From NCBI GenBank assembly GCA_001600815.1, contig BCKZ01000007.1, forward strand, positions 372,001-436,000: a stretch of 64,000 bases of DNA, given 5' to 3'. The first letter of the stretch is position 1. Every line of letters begins with the position of its first letter. Under the pieces are notes generated by a model that saw nothing but the letters and a program-made list of their open reading frames with translations, did not search any database and was not told where the DNA came from. Below, in pieces: positions 36,956 through 48,354 of this stretch. The position numbers and the translations under genes were made by a program. This DNA is from Alloascoidea hylecoeti. Taxonomy: Eukaryota.

Positions 36956-39298
36956 GTTGTTAACTATTCTATTTCTAATTCCTTTTTCACATTCATTACT
37001 TAAGAAGTATGGCTACTTATCCTCTTGTTTCCAGCGTTAATTCTTATCTGCATCTTACTTCTTTGTTATGGTTATCTGTGTATTTTGTTAATTTTCTGTT
37101 GTTTACGGGCTTTTCGGATTCAGGGTGTTCTTGTTTTCCCATCTCTCGGACATTTTATCTTACTTTTTCCACTCCATAATATGCATAGGTCCTTTACCTA
37201 CCTTTTACTATATTAATATTTATTTTTGTGACTATGATCTTGACATGGGGTGTTTTTTTTTATACTTGTCTATATTTCAAATTATTTTAAAATTTTGTGA
37301 TATCTTTTCCCTTTTTTTGGTTTTTAATATATCACTACTATACTATGGCGGTTAATTTAAAATTATATCTTTTATATTATATTTTTTGTTAAGTTCTCTT
37401 CTTTATTTAAATTTGGTCAGGTAACCAGTATAATTATAAAAACTGAGTGACATTTTTAGAGACTTTTTTATTATTATTATAAGATTATTAATATATATGA
37501 AATATTATTTTCATTATATTTTTAAATTTATTCAACTTTTATATTATTGTTCGTTTTTATTAATAGCGATTTTAAATTAAATTATATATTTGGGGCTACA
37601 TTTATACTACGTATACTTTGGTTATATTATATGAGTTAATGATGTTGTATTTATTCATATTAATTGTAGTGGTGGTTTTAGAATAGATATATATATATAT
37701 ATATATATGTGGTGAATGTTTGAATTTAGTATAATTATCCTTTAAAATTAGTATTGCAACTGTATGTTCTTTACTAATACAAATATTATGATTTGTGTAT
37801 TTGATATTTACATTTTGTTATTGTGAACATTTTCAGCAACATAATGAGGATTATTAATTGATATTATAATTTCCATACCTATAAATAATCCATGGCCTAG
37901 CTAAGATCCAGTTTCCTTAAATGGTATGAAGCATCCTCATTATGGAAATAATAGTCTTTGAAAATTCTGAAACTAATCGATCTGTTAAAGCAGTACTTTG
38001 AGTCTTTCTTTAAATGTATTTATATAATCTTTGATTGTTATTATCACAAGCTCAACTTGCCTTTAATTTATGGATTATACAAACAATTTCCACAAACAGG
38101 CTAAAACATGACTTTATTATTCTTGCTCATGACTATTATGATACTTTTTATTGGGCTAAAGTCTTGCTTAGTGGCTGTGAGACCATGCGTATGTATCACC
38201 GTTTTCAAGCCGAGCATAACTTTAAACTCTACATGTTATAATTATTAAGCAATTAAATAATTATTTTATTATTACCATAAGCATAGTAAAACTTTTCAAT
38301 ATTTAATTAACTGCAATTGGACATGAATTTTAATCATGATCATTTGACTTGTGATTATTTTTCATTCAATTGTTATTGTGCTCTTCTGATTTAAATTTCA
38401 ATTTAAGAGGCGACCAGTGGTGTCCGGCGGTGACCGAACCATTTGGGTGTGTCATATATAAACTATATAAACTAAATTTGAAAAAGCGCTATTCTTATTA
38501 AAGATCAAAAATATGTTAATGTAGTACTATAATGCTAACTTTATCCTATACCCAATTTAAATATATCATATGTAAATTTACAAATTTACTTTACCAATGT
38601 GCTTGAAATTTATACCACATAAATATTTAAAAACTATATTGGCAATTGAATTATTTTTCAAATTCTAAAAATGTTCAAATTTAAAATGTTTAAATTTAAT
38701 GTTTCGATTTATAAAAATTGCAATTGATATGTTTAATGCTTTTATGTGCTTTGAACATGATGTCTAGTACATAATTACTATTAATACTTATGTACGATTT
38801 TATAATATTATGATCTACAAGACTTCATCTTCCTTGTAATTGTATATTCAATAACACAAAATATCAATCAAAAATTGATTGCTTGGAATTTTACACGTCG
38901 ACATTTTTTACAGGCTGAAGTGTTGAGAATCAATGAGACAAGGATAAAAACAATACTCTGATCTCCAATTTTCCCCATATATAAGTTACCAATAATTATA
39001 TAACTAGAATGTTACTGAGACAATTGATTCCAAGTTCATTTTATTGCTATATTTATAAGTATTATATAATAGCTATAGCTAAATGTATTGTTTGTATCCG
39101 ACAAGTTTTAAATTTGTCCTTCCAAGTTTTAAGAAACCAAAATAAATATTCATGGGTATCTTATGCGATAATTTACAAGCCTAAATTAGAATTAAAAAAA
39201 ATGTAAAGATAGGTAAAGAAAAAAAAAACCATAATAGAACAATTAAATGTTCATATTAATCATTATAAGCAATTTATCCAACATAGCCTAGAATATTT

Positions 39299-42200
39299 TC
39301 AATGTTTAATTACATCTGGACTATCATCAGGAATTGCAATTGGCATAATCTGTTTATCTCCTTGTTTTAATAAATGAACAGGTTCAGTATTAAGATCAAG
39401 ATTTGATAAGGGGGTCCTTGTTTCGGAATTTAATCGTAAAATGTCATGTTGTGAAATTAATTGAGATCTAGGTTTAGTGCGTGGAACTTTTAAAGGAATT
39501 TTAAAACTTCTAAATGTAGGAGTTGAATTCTCATCTTTAAAGTATTGAGTTCCTTTGATTGTATTATTGATATTTTTCACTCTATTAATGGCATGCTCCG
39601 AGAATGTATCAATTGTTGAAATATGCCCGTGTATTGAATCCTTGAAGAGGGGTAAATATTTCTCCATTATATCATTACTCTTTAACATTTCTTCAGAAGT
39701 CCGTTTACAATTCTGATTAATACCTTCTCTAATTGGATTTAAAGACGTTACGTATTGATTATGTTGTTCCTCATTTACATTTTCAATATTTTTTGCATAT
39801 TCGTCTAAACATTGCATCTTATCCTCTAATGCTTCAATTTGTTTATCAACACCTTTCCCAGAATCAACAATACTTTTAGATACTTGTTTTTGAACTTTTT
39901 CAAGTGTTGTATCTGATTTTGAAAAAGCAATTTGGGAGTTGTTTTCAATTGTGGTTTTTTGTTCTATCAATTCACGAGCATAATCATTATGTTTTTCAAT
40001 CCAAGAATTTGAAGCATTGGAATAAACTGATGTTACTTCATCAATATTTGAAGCAATTTTTAACATATTACCATCAATATCTTTAAATCTTTTTGATAAT
40101 CGTTCTTCTCTTTTAAGATCAGATTCTTCAACCATTGATATCATTTGTTGTAATAATAATTTTTTATCATTTTGTGATTTTTGTTCTTCTTCTTTTCGTA
40201 TTTGTTCAAATTCTTCTCGTCTTTGAATAACTAGTTGTTTATTTTTATTATTTGCTTCGGTTAATTTTTCTTTTAAATTTATAATTTCATTTGCTTGTGA
40301 AGAAAGTTGTTTTTCTAAAGTATTAATTACAGATTTAAAATTTTCAGAAAGTGTATTATAACTTTCTTTTGCTTGTATTCGAATATCTTCCATATCTGTT
40401 GTAACCGTAACTGCAAGTTTTTCAGCATTTATTTTTAAATCTTGTAATCCAACACCAATATTATTTTTAATACTTTCTTTCAAATCTTTAACACCAGAAA
40501 TTGTATTATTTAACTGTAATTTTGATTCATCTAATGTATCTAATGTTTTATTAACATCTTTTTTGAATTCATCATTTTTAATTAATAAATCATTTGAAAC
40601 ATTTTGAAAATGATCTTGTTGAGTTTTTAAAAAAGAATCTAAATTACCATTAATTTCATTTTCAAAATCTAATGAATGATTTAATAAACTTTGAATACCA
40701 TTTTCAATAGCAATTGATTTATGACAAATTTTATCTTTTGTTAAATTTAATTCAATTTGACTTTTAATTTCAATTTCTTCACGTTTTTTAATTAAGTTTT
40801 TTGATAAATTTAATTCATTGTTCATTTCTTTTTGTAAATTAAATAATTTTTCAATTAATAAATCCATTTCTTTTTCTGTTTTTTCATGTGCTTCTTTAAT
40901 AATGATTTCATCATTTAATTCTAATTTTTTATTTTGTAAAGAAGTTTCCGTAATTGATAATTTTGAATCTAATTCAAAAAGTTCAGATTCTTTAATTTCA
41001 ATTTGATTTTTTACAGATTCAAGTTCTTTTGTTTGTGATTCAAAACTTTCTCTTGTTTGTTTTATTTTAGTTTCAAGAACTTCTAATCGGAGTCGTTGTT
41101 CTTCTGCTAATATTCTCCTACTTTCACTTTCTTCAGTAATTTCTTTATAATTTTCTTCAGTTAAATAAATTCCATTTTTAGATCTTGATGCAGTAAGTGC
41201 TTGTTTAAGTCGTTCAATTTCTAAAATATATTCTTTAATTAACAATTTTTTAGACATTTGTTGATTCACTTGCGGTTTATTCTTAATACTTTTTGCTCGA
41301 TTTGCATATTCTAAAGTACTTAATGTTTCATCTAAACTTGCCTTTGCAGGGGAAATTGTTGCAATTATACAAGTTTTTGTACGACCACCTAAAGAATCTT
41401 GTAATAATCTTGTTAATTTAGATTCTCGATATGGAATATGAGCAGTACGATCAACAAGACAATTAATTACTCTACCAAGAGTTAATAATGATTGATTGAT
41501 TATTCCTGCTTCTCTTGCACGTTTGTTTTCGGCACCAGATCTATTAATGTTTTCAGAACCAGCTAAATCGACTAAATTTAATTTACCAACTCTTAAACAT
41601 TCTTCACCGGATGGATTAACTTCTTTTATATGAACAGTTATTGTAAAAACAGAATGAGATCTACTTGAATGATCATTACAATTTGTTGCAGCAACTTGTC
41701 TTTTAATTGACCCATCATTTAAAACTTGAAATCCTTCGGCAGCAGATTTGATAAAGATTTCTTCCATACCTTGAACAATGGTTTGTTTTTTAGAAGTATC
41801 ATCAAATATTCTAACTTTTCTTTCATCATTACCTTGTGGAGCCAATAAATCTCTTAATTCTTCATTATATAATTCAATAAATGATAATTTAACAGAAAAT
41901 TCAGAAGTCATTGATTCCAATTGTTTAAATAAATAAGTTAAAGTACGAGGAATAATACCAGCTGAATCAGAAACTCTTTCACCAGCAATAGTTTGAGAAA
42001 TATCACCAGACATTGTATAAGTTTTCCCAGTTCCAGTTTGACCATAAGCGAATATGGTACAATTATAACCTTCAAGCATTTCATTTAAAATGTTTTCAGC
42101 AATTCCTTCAAACACCATTTCTTGATCACTTTCAGGACCAAAAACACGATCAAAGCTATAAGTTTTAGAACTCACAGCCATTGGACCAGTTTGTAGTATT

Positions 42201-42580
42201 ACATCTTTCCCGTTGTGACCTAAAGTTGAAACAACAACGCCGCTATTTTCTTTAATTTCTCTTTCATTTCGTGCTCTACAGCGAACGTAAACATGAATAT
42301 TTGTCTCTTCATCTGAAGCCGAAGTTGAAGTTGAATTTGAAGTTGAATTTGAAGTTGCAGTAGTGTTAGATTTGTTACTTGGGTTCGAACTACCAGAAGA
42401 TCCTGAAGAAGTAGAAGGGATACTGGATAAAGTTGATCTTTTCTGTCTTTTCTTTGCACCTACCGAACTGGCTCTGGGACCTCGTGAAGGTGCTCTGTTT
42501 TGATCTCTGGAGGAGGCAGAAGACATTGATGCTCTGGATCTTCCGATTCCGAAGGCAGAAGTTGTGCCAAAAGAAACCAT
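39299..42580 (-). CDS. Kinesin-5 (BimC/Kip1/Cin8 family)
   Basis: GQTGTGKT, SSRSH, DLAGSE, HIPYRESKLTRLLQDSLGG and ETLSTLEYA motifs, followed by a long coiled coil. First ATG at 42580. Confidence 0.95.
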   Translation of the reverse strand: MVSFGTTSAFGIGRSRASMSSASSRDQNRAPSRGPRASSVGAKKRQKRSTLSSIPSTSSGSSGSSNPSNKSNTTATSNSTSNSTSTSASDEETNIHVYVRCRARNEREIKENSGVVVSTLGHNGKDVILQTGPMAVSSKTYSFDRVFGPESDQEMVFEGIAENILNEMLEGYNCTIFAYGQTGTGKTYTMSGDISQTIAGERVSDSAGIIPRTLTYLFKQLESMTSEFSVKLSFIELYNEELRDLLAPQGNDERKVRIFDDTSKKQTIVQGMEEIFIKSAAEGFQVLNDGSIKRQVAATNCNDHSSRSHSVFTITVHIKEVNPSGEECLRVGKLNLVDLAGSENINRSGAENKRAREAGIINQSLLTLGRVINCLVDRTAHIPYRESKLTRLLQDSLGGRTKTCIIATISPAKASLDETLSTLEYANRAKSIKNKPQVNQQMSKKLLIKEYILEIERLKQALTASRSKNGIYLTEENYKEITEESESRRILAEEQRLRLEVLETKIKQTRESFESQTKELESVKNQIEIKESELFELDSKLSITETSLQNKKLELNDEIIIKEAHEKTEKEMDLLIEKLFNLQKEMNNELNLSKNLIKKREEIEIKSQIELNLTKDKICHKSIAIENGIQSLLNHSLDFENEINGNLDSFLKTQQDHFQNVSNDLLIKNDEFKKDVNKTLDTLDESKLQLNNTISGVKDLKESIKNNIGVGLQDLKINAEKLAVTVTTDMEDIRIQAKESYNTLSENFKSVINTLEKQLSSQANEIINLKEKLTEANNKNKQLVIQRREEFEQIRKEEEQKSQNDKKLLLQQMISMVEESDLKREERLSKRFKDIDGNMLKIASNIDEVTSVYSNASNSWIEKHNDYARELIEQKTTIENNSQIAFSKSDTTLEKVQKQVSKSIVDSGKGVDKQIEALEDKMQCLDEYAKNIENVNEEQHNQYVTSLNPIREGINQNCKRTSEEMLKSNDIMEKYLPLFKDSIHGHISTIDTFSEHAINRVKNINNTIKGTQYFKDENSTPTFRSFKIPLKVPRTKPRSQLISQHDILRLNSETRTPLSNLDLNTEPVHLLKQGDKQIMPIAIPDDSPDVIKH

Positions 42581-42674
42581 TTTTGCAAAGTTCAAGGTTC
42601 AAAAAGTGTTTTGTTTTGTTTTGTTTTGTTTTGTAAAAAAGGTAAACACACAAACACCCAGACAGCCGATGGCG

Positions 42675-42696
42675 CACGTGTATGGAAATCACGTGA
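42675..42696. promoter_or_regulatory. Two CACGTG E-boxes in the 174 bp divergent promoter between kinesin-5 and PRX1
   Basis: cacgtg at 42675 and atcacgtga at 42688. Confidence 0.55.
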
Positions 42697-42754
42697 ATTC
42701 ATCCAATCATTTATTTGCCTTTCCTCCCGATTATTCATCTTCAACAGTTTTATA

Positions 42755-43636
42755 ATGCTTTCCATCATAAGATCTCCTCTCAGAAACTCCCTCAGAAATA
42801 TCCCAAGGCTTCCAAAAGTCTCAATTGGTGCCAGATCTTTTGCTCTTAAAGCTCAAGATCAACCAAGATTGAGAATTGGCTCAACTGCTCCAAATTTCAA
42901 GGCAACTACAACTACCGGTGACATTGATTTCCATGATTTTATTGGCAGTTCATGGACAATCTTATTTTCTCATCCTGCTGATTTCACTCCTGTTTGTACT
43001 ACTGAATTGGGGGCTTTTGCTGCATTGAAACCTGAATTTGATAAAAGAAATACAAAATTAATTGGTTTATCCGCTCAACCTGTTGGTCAGCATAAAGAAT
43101 GGGTTAAAGATATTGAAGAAACCTCTACTGGTGGTGCCAAATTTAGTTTTCCCATCATTGCCGATGAGAATAAAGATGTCGCCTTTCTCTATGACATGGT
43201 TGATGAAGAAGGTTTCAAGAACTTGAAGACGGCTTTCACTATCAGATCGGTTTATATCATTGATCCGAAGAAAAAAGTGAGATTAATTATGACTTACCCC
43301 GCATCTACTGGTAGAAATACTGCAGAAGTGTTGAGAGTTTTGGATGCCCTCCAATTAAACGATCAATCTTCCTTGGTTACTCCAGTTAACTGGGTTGATG
43401 GAAGAGATGTCATTATCCCTCCATCTGTTTCAAATGCCGATGCTAAAGCTAAATATGGTGAATTTGATGAAGTCAAGCCATACTTAAGATTTACAAAGCA
43501 ACCAACTATTAAGAAATCTTCTATGTTTTCAATTGGCTTAAATAATGGTCAAACTTCTTTTGCCCAAATGATTATTGGTGGTTTAATATTAGCTGTTGCT
43601 GCTTCATCTTTAACCAATGAAAATAAACAAGAATAG
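42755..43636 (+). CDS. PRX1: Mitochondrial 1-Cys peroxiredoxin with a C-terminal extension
   Basis: FSHPADFTPVCTTE, YPASTGRN and KPYLRFT motifs. The Arg-rich presequence starts at ATG 42755. Confidence 0.95.
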   Translation: MLSIIRSPLRNSLRNIPRLPKVSIGARSFALKAQDQPRLRIGSTAPNFKATTTTGDIDFHDFIGSSWTILFSHPADFTPVCTTELGAFAALKPEFDKRNTKLIGLSAQPVGQHKEWVKDIEETSTGGAKFSFPIIADENKDVAFLYDMVDEEGFKNLKTAFTIRSVYIIDPKKKVRLIMTYPASTGRNTAEVLRVLDALQLNDQSSLVTPVNWVDGRDVIIPPSVSNADAKAKYGEFDEVKPYLRFTKQPTIKKSSMFSIGLNNGQTSFAQMIIGGLILAVAASSLTNENKQE

Positions 43637-43949
43637 ATTTAAAACTCTTAATAATATACAATTGTATCTTGAAAGATGATAAATATATATATATATATAT
43701 ATACCTATAGTTAGTTTGTATTAATGGTATTATTCATTTTATTTTATATGAGATTTATGACGGGGTCTCAAGTTTACTTACACCATGTAAATTGCAGAAT
43801 GTTCCAAACTTCTTATCATTCAAAATCGATATATAAACATTGCTAAACTTTAATATCTATAAATCCTCTTTTGTTTTTCCACCTCCCAAAGGTACTCTAC
43901 AAGCGTATTAACTCAATTTTATAAGCTTAACTTTAATTACAAGAACTGC

Positions 43950-44400
43950 CAAGTGAATCTTGAGACACTTCACTGATACCGATAAGATAAATGCGCATGT
44001 ATGGTATGTGAAACGACTTTGTGCTCTACAATCGCATTATTTCTGATGAAAACGTGTACCACGCTCCTGTCTGTTCTTCAAACAATTAAAAAGGAAAACA
44101 CACTCTATTTCGAATAGCGATACCTATATATACAAATATGTCCACAAGGCACTTGCGATAGGCGCTTGCTGACCATCATTTTCCATTGGCCAATATCGCG
44201 AAGCAATCTCTAGTGCAACAGTATACAGTAGTTACAATATCGGAAAGTGCCTCACATTATCGAAAACTTTGGAAAAAATTTCAGATGCAAGATAATGCTC
44301 ATATTCGTGAATCCTGGTGCTATCATATTGTGATTTGAAGAGGATGGAATTGAAATAGTGGAGTAGCCTGAATAGTGCTACATTTATACTCTAATATTGT
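43950..44400 (+). mobile_element. Decayed Tc1/mariner DDE transposase relic
   Basis: RIISDE at 44033, MQDNAHI at 44285 and *FEEDGIEIVE*P occur in canonical order. DNA matches the 29 kb copy. Confidence 0.75.
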
Positions 44401-45495
44401 ATCTCAAACTCCGAAGGTAGTGAATGATGATGATAATATTCATATATAATATATTTTAAAAAAGTATAATTTTATAGAGGAGATCTGGATCTTTCTTCTT
44501 CTTCCTACAATCTATCTTCCTATGCGTATTGATAAATTTTGTGTAATCCGTGACAGTACTGAATCAATATCGAAAAGGTGATATCAAATATTATTTAATT
44601 TACTGTAGCTATATCATTACATTCGTTATTCAAATTAATAGAATTGTATAATCACTAATTATAATAGATTGATACTTTACAGCCAGATACCAGTTCATAG
44701 ATCAACTTACTAAGTAGTGATATTGTTGTCTGTAAAATGTTATCTTACCTTATTGAGAACTCGCATATGCCTGCATTTCACAATTTAATCCACTACCTAT
44801 CTGATTAAGCTTCAACCCAACTATTAGATCTTATTGTATTATTAATTCTTAATATTATTGCCTCAAGAAGTTAAGAGCTCTTATACTAACATATTTTTCT
44901 CAATTCAACTAACTTACGATAAAATCTTCTACTATTAACAAGTATTATCAATTGTTAAATGAACTAAGGGTATCGGTATACTATGTTAGTATACAATTAT
45001 AGTTTAGGATTAATTATAAACTATAATGGACTTCTTATATATAAATGATCTGAAGACATAGTGAGATCTCCAGTACCTATATAAAATATTCACAAACACA
45101 AAGCCATAATAACAACTCGTAATCATGTATGGAATGTTCCAATCTATCTCCATCTTAGATATAGCTGGTGGTTATTGAGACACAATTTCCTCCCGAAGCT
45201 GCAGCCAACATCTATTAGAATGCATTGAATGCATAATGAAAGACAATTGCACGGATTTATATTCTGCTGTCTTTAAATTTAAGTCTAAAGCCATGTATAC
45301 CAGTGGTGAGGTAATATTAAGACCCCCAATAATTCTGATAACTAAATCTTCTTTCCTAGATATTATTTTCTTCTTATACCTTCTTAGTCATTCTTTTTTA
45401 ATCTTTCATTCTTATATCTTCTCAGCCATTCGTTTATATCCTCTTTATACCTATATCTACTATTTCAATATCGTCAGAAGTAATATCAAATTAAA

Positions 45496-45999
45496 ATGTC
45501 TATTATAAACATATGTGGTTCTAGGCCCACTAGCAACAATACAGGGTACATTCCATTCACAAATATCAACAACCATCATCTTAAGGGTTCAAAGGATCTT
45601 TCGCAGGATGATGATTTAGAATTCTCGGATATAGAAGCTTGCACAATACTACCATTCTTAAGGATCAAAAATCATTGTCTTCAACAAAACAGTGTCCCTA
45701 AAGAAATACATTTATATTCAACTGAATCTGCCCTTTTAAAAATACAATTCAAACGACTTTACACATTGATAAATTCTCTTCCAGCTAAAGTTAAAGAAAA
45801 ACAACTTATTACGCCAAAGAAGGATTTTGTTACCGCCAAATCGGAAAAACATGATCGAAATAAACGATCGAGAAAAAAATATAGTATATTAACAACGATA
45901 TTAATTCTCATCATTCTAACTATTGGAACTTCTGCATTCTTAGGCTATTATTTGATAATTTCTAGGATTCAGTTATTCACAGTTTTAACCAATTATTAG
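45496..45999 (+). CDS. Hypothetical tail-anchored membrane protein
   Basis: 167-aa ORF with aaaATG context. A basic patch precedes a C-terminal hydrophobic helix. No family recognised. Confidence 0.5.
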   Translation: MSIINICGSRPTSNNTGYIPFTNINNHHLKGSKDLSQDDDLEFSDIEACTILPFLRIKNHCLQQNSVPKEIHLYSTESALLKIQFKRLYTLINSLPAKVKEKQLITPKKDFVTAKSEKHDRNKRSRKKYSILTTILILIILTIGTSAFLGYYLIISRIQLFTVLTNY

Positions 46000-46476
46000 A
46001 TATACAGAAATACAAATATTGGCTTATACTTAAACCCTTAAAGCTTCGTTAAATCATATCTCGAATGATTATAATCTTTTTACGGCCTGAGTCTTATATC
46101 CTATAGTACTATCTACTTACTTATAGCATTATAGCATTATTAACTTTTAATTTAAATGAACTATCTATCTTTAGAGTACATGCAAATGGCTGTTGCATTC
46201 AATTACCGTTTATAATTATATATCCCAGTTCACGACCTATATTATAACTAGATATTTATATAAATTCCATTATATTCTTATCAGCAAATATTTTCAATTC
46301 AAAGAACCAAATAAAATCCTCAAGTATGTTTACTTAAGGTAGAAGTAGCTGTAATTAAGATTGGCTATATAAACTTATAGTCAGGGGAATTATATCATCT
46401 TAGGTGGCGATTAAGCTGACGATGTATCAAGTCTGATTACCAGAAACAAAGAGAGAGACCATGACGATTGTGATTT

Positions 46477-47361
46477 TTAGAACGGTGATGGATAGAGTGC
46501 GAAATAAATTGATGAATGGAGTGATGAAAAGGGTGATGAAAAAGGTGATGAAAAAGGTGATGAAAGAGGTGATGATATTGGAGGTGGCTCTGTAATTGTA
46601 AAAGGTTCCGGGGTAGTATATCTTTTAAGTTGAGAATCTTCTTCTGAAGATGATTTTGTACTTTCTGGGTTTTCCGCAAGTCCTCCTTCACCAATATTGA
46701 CCCATACTAAGTCGGGAGAATTTTCTTTTGTTCTTTGTACTAATATAACTTTTGATTTCTCAAGACGATCTATAGCATCTACACAGCAGTCCCATTCATC
46801 AGTTAATTCTTTTACAGAAACTTTTTTGAGAGTTGGTTGTGACTTTAAAGCTTTGAGTAAATCCTCATCGCTTTTAATTGGTAAATACTCTAAGGTTTCC
46901 TTTTCAGAATCATACTTAATTAGAACATTTTCTTTTAATGATGGTAATAACCCAATGACCGGAAATACACAATTGGCTTGTAGTTCATCCAGTCCGACAG
47001 GCCAATTATTCGCTTTCAAAAATGAAATAGCATAAGATATCCGTGTTGAAAGATGTTCTCCTGCCAATGAACGCTGTATCTTCTCCCTTCGGCCTGTTAC
47101 AGCAGCTGATTCTGAATACCTAAATGGTGATATTGATCTCACATAGGGACGATATCTGGATGAAGAAGGAAAAGATCGTGGCACAAGAGAATCCCGCCAT
47201 CGTCGCCCGGCGCTAATATCATCAGAACCTTGTTCCATAGAAAATTTAATACTTGTAGATGATTCAACAAAATTTGGACTCTTGGGCATCACAGAGAATT
47301 CTAATGAAGAACCGATCGCAAATATAATCTGGATAAAAAAAATTAATATGATTTTAGTCAT
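46477..47361 (-). CDS. Chimeric ORF: signal-peptide-like N-terminus, TFIIE-beta (Tfa2)-like winged-helix region, Ser/Pro-rich tail
   Basis: Residues ~101-225 (HLSTRISYAISFLK..IKYDSEKETLEY..LLKALKSQPT..VSVKELTDEW..IDRLEKSKVILVQRTKENSPDLVWVN) follow the Tfa2 pattern. Confidence 0.7.
   Translation of the reverse strand: MTKIILIFFIQIIFAIGSSLEFSVMPKSPNFVESSTSIKFSMEQGSDDISAGRRWRDSLVPRSFPSSSRYRPYVRSISPFRYSESAAVTGRREKIQRSLAGEHLSTRISYAISFLKANNWPVGLDELQANCVFPVIGLLPSLKENVLIKYDSEKETLEYLPIKSDEDLLKALKSQPTLKKVSVKELTDEWDCCVDAIDRLEKSKVILVQRTKENSPDLVWVNIGEGGLAENPESTKSSSEEDSQLKRYTTPEPFTITEPPPISSPLSSPFSSPFSSPFSSLHSSIYFALYPSPF
46521..46575. repeat. 12-bp tandem repeat (ggtgatgaaaaa)x~4.5 encoding SSPF repeats
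   Basis: Directly visible. Confidence 0.9.
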
Positions 47362-47676
47362 TTAAATACCAATTTTTGCCCTACCCGCCAATGTCCAATT
47401 AGGATAAATACAGAATTAGTTAAATACCGAATTAGATAATTAAGAGCAATTGAGAGTTTACGAATCTAAGATAATGATGGTGAAATTATACAATAATCTC
47501 ACCTATGCGTCACTATATTAAAAAAACTGAAATCACAATAAATTCACTCATATCTTCTCTAAATTTATTTCTCTGTATAGATTGTACTTGTTGATTGACA
47601 ATTTCTTAAATTGATTTGACCTTAGATATTACACTAGAACAAAACTATATATTGACACTTTTATCCTTGTTCAATC

Positions 47677-47707
47677 AATCAAATCAAATCAAATCAAATC
47701 AAATCAA
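47677..47707. repeat. (aaatc)n pentanucleotide microsatellite
   Basis: Directly visible. Confidence 0.9.
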
Positions 47708-48354
47708 TACCGGAAATTAAAGGCAGAGTCTCTTGAATCTCTTCTAACTCTTTTAGCTGGCGCGATATTTCCATAGGATTTTATTTTGCATTTATATATC
47801 TTAACCTTAAATATAACAATCGATAGTAACTTTAACTGTATAATACTGAATATTATTTTGAGTTTAGACTATGACATATGGAATATATAAAGCATGGTGC
47901 CTATAGATAGGAAGGGAGCAAAAGGATGAATCGATTACAATGATATTAAACCATTTTATGCACTATAGCTAAATGTTCACCCATATCGATTACAAATTAT
48001 CGGCCACCCACTTCACTAATCACTTTTTCTAGACTATGGTTATTATAGGATATTTTTACTGCCCAGGATTATTGAATATATATAGGTCTTTAATTGGGTG
48101 GAGGGGACGGCCGAGAATTATTCATAAACATGGCTGAAATTTTAGTTTAAAAAGATGGCCGAAATAGGAAGTAAATGGACTAATATTATAAAAACTTAAA
48201 AATTATAATTAGGACATATAGACAATATTACACCAAAATTATCACATTTCATTATCATAAATATTATTTAATTAAGATCATTTTAAAAAAGTAAGCAAGT
48301 TCAATAATTAAATTCACTAAACAAAACATTACCAATATATTAACATGTTATTAT

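Noticed and set aside
46521..46575. CRISPR-like or snoRNA box C (gtgatga) array
   Set aside because: A contiguous 12-bp coding tandem repeat without spacers or matching D boxes, in a eukaryotic context.
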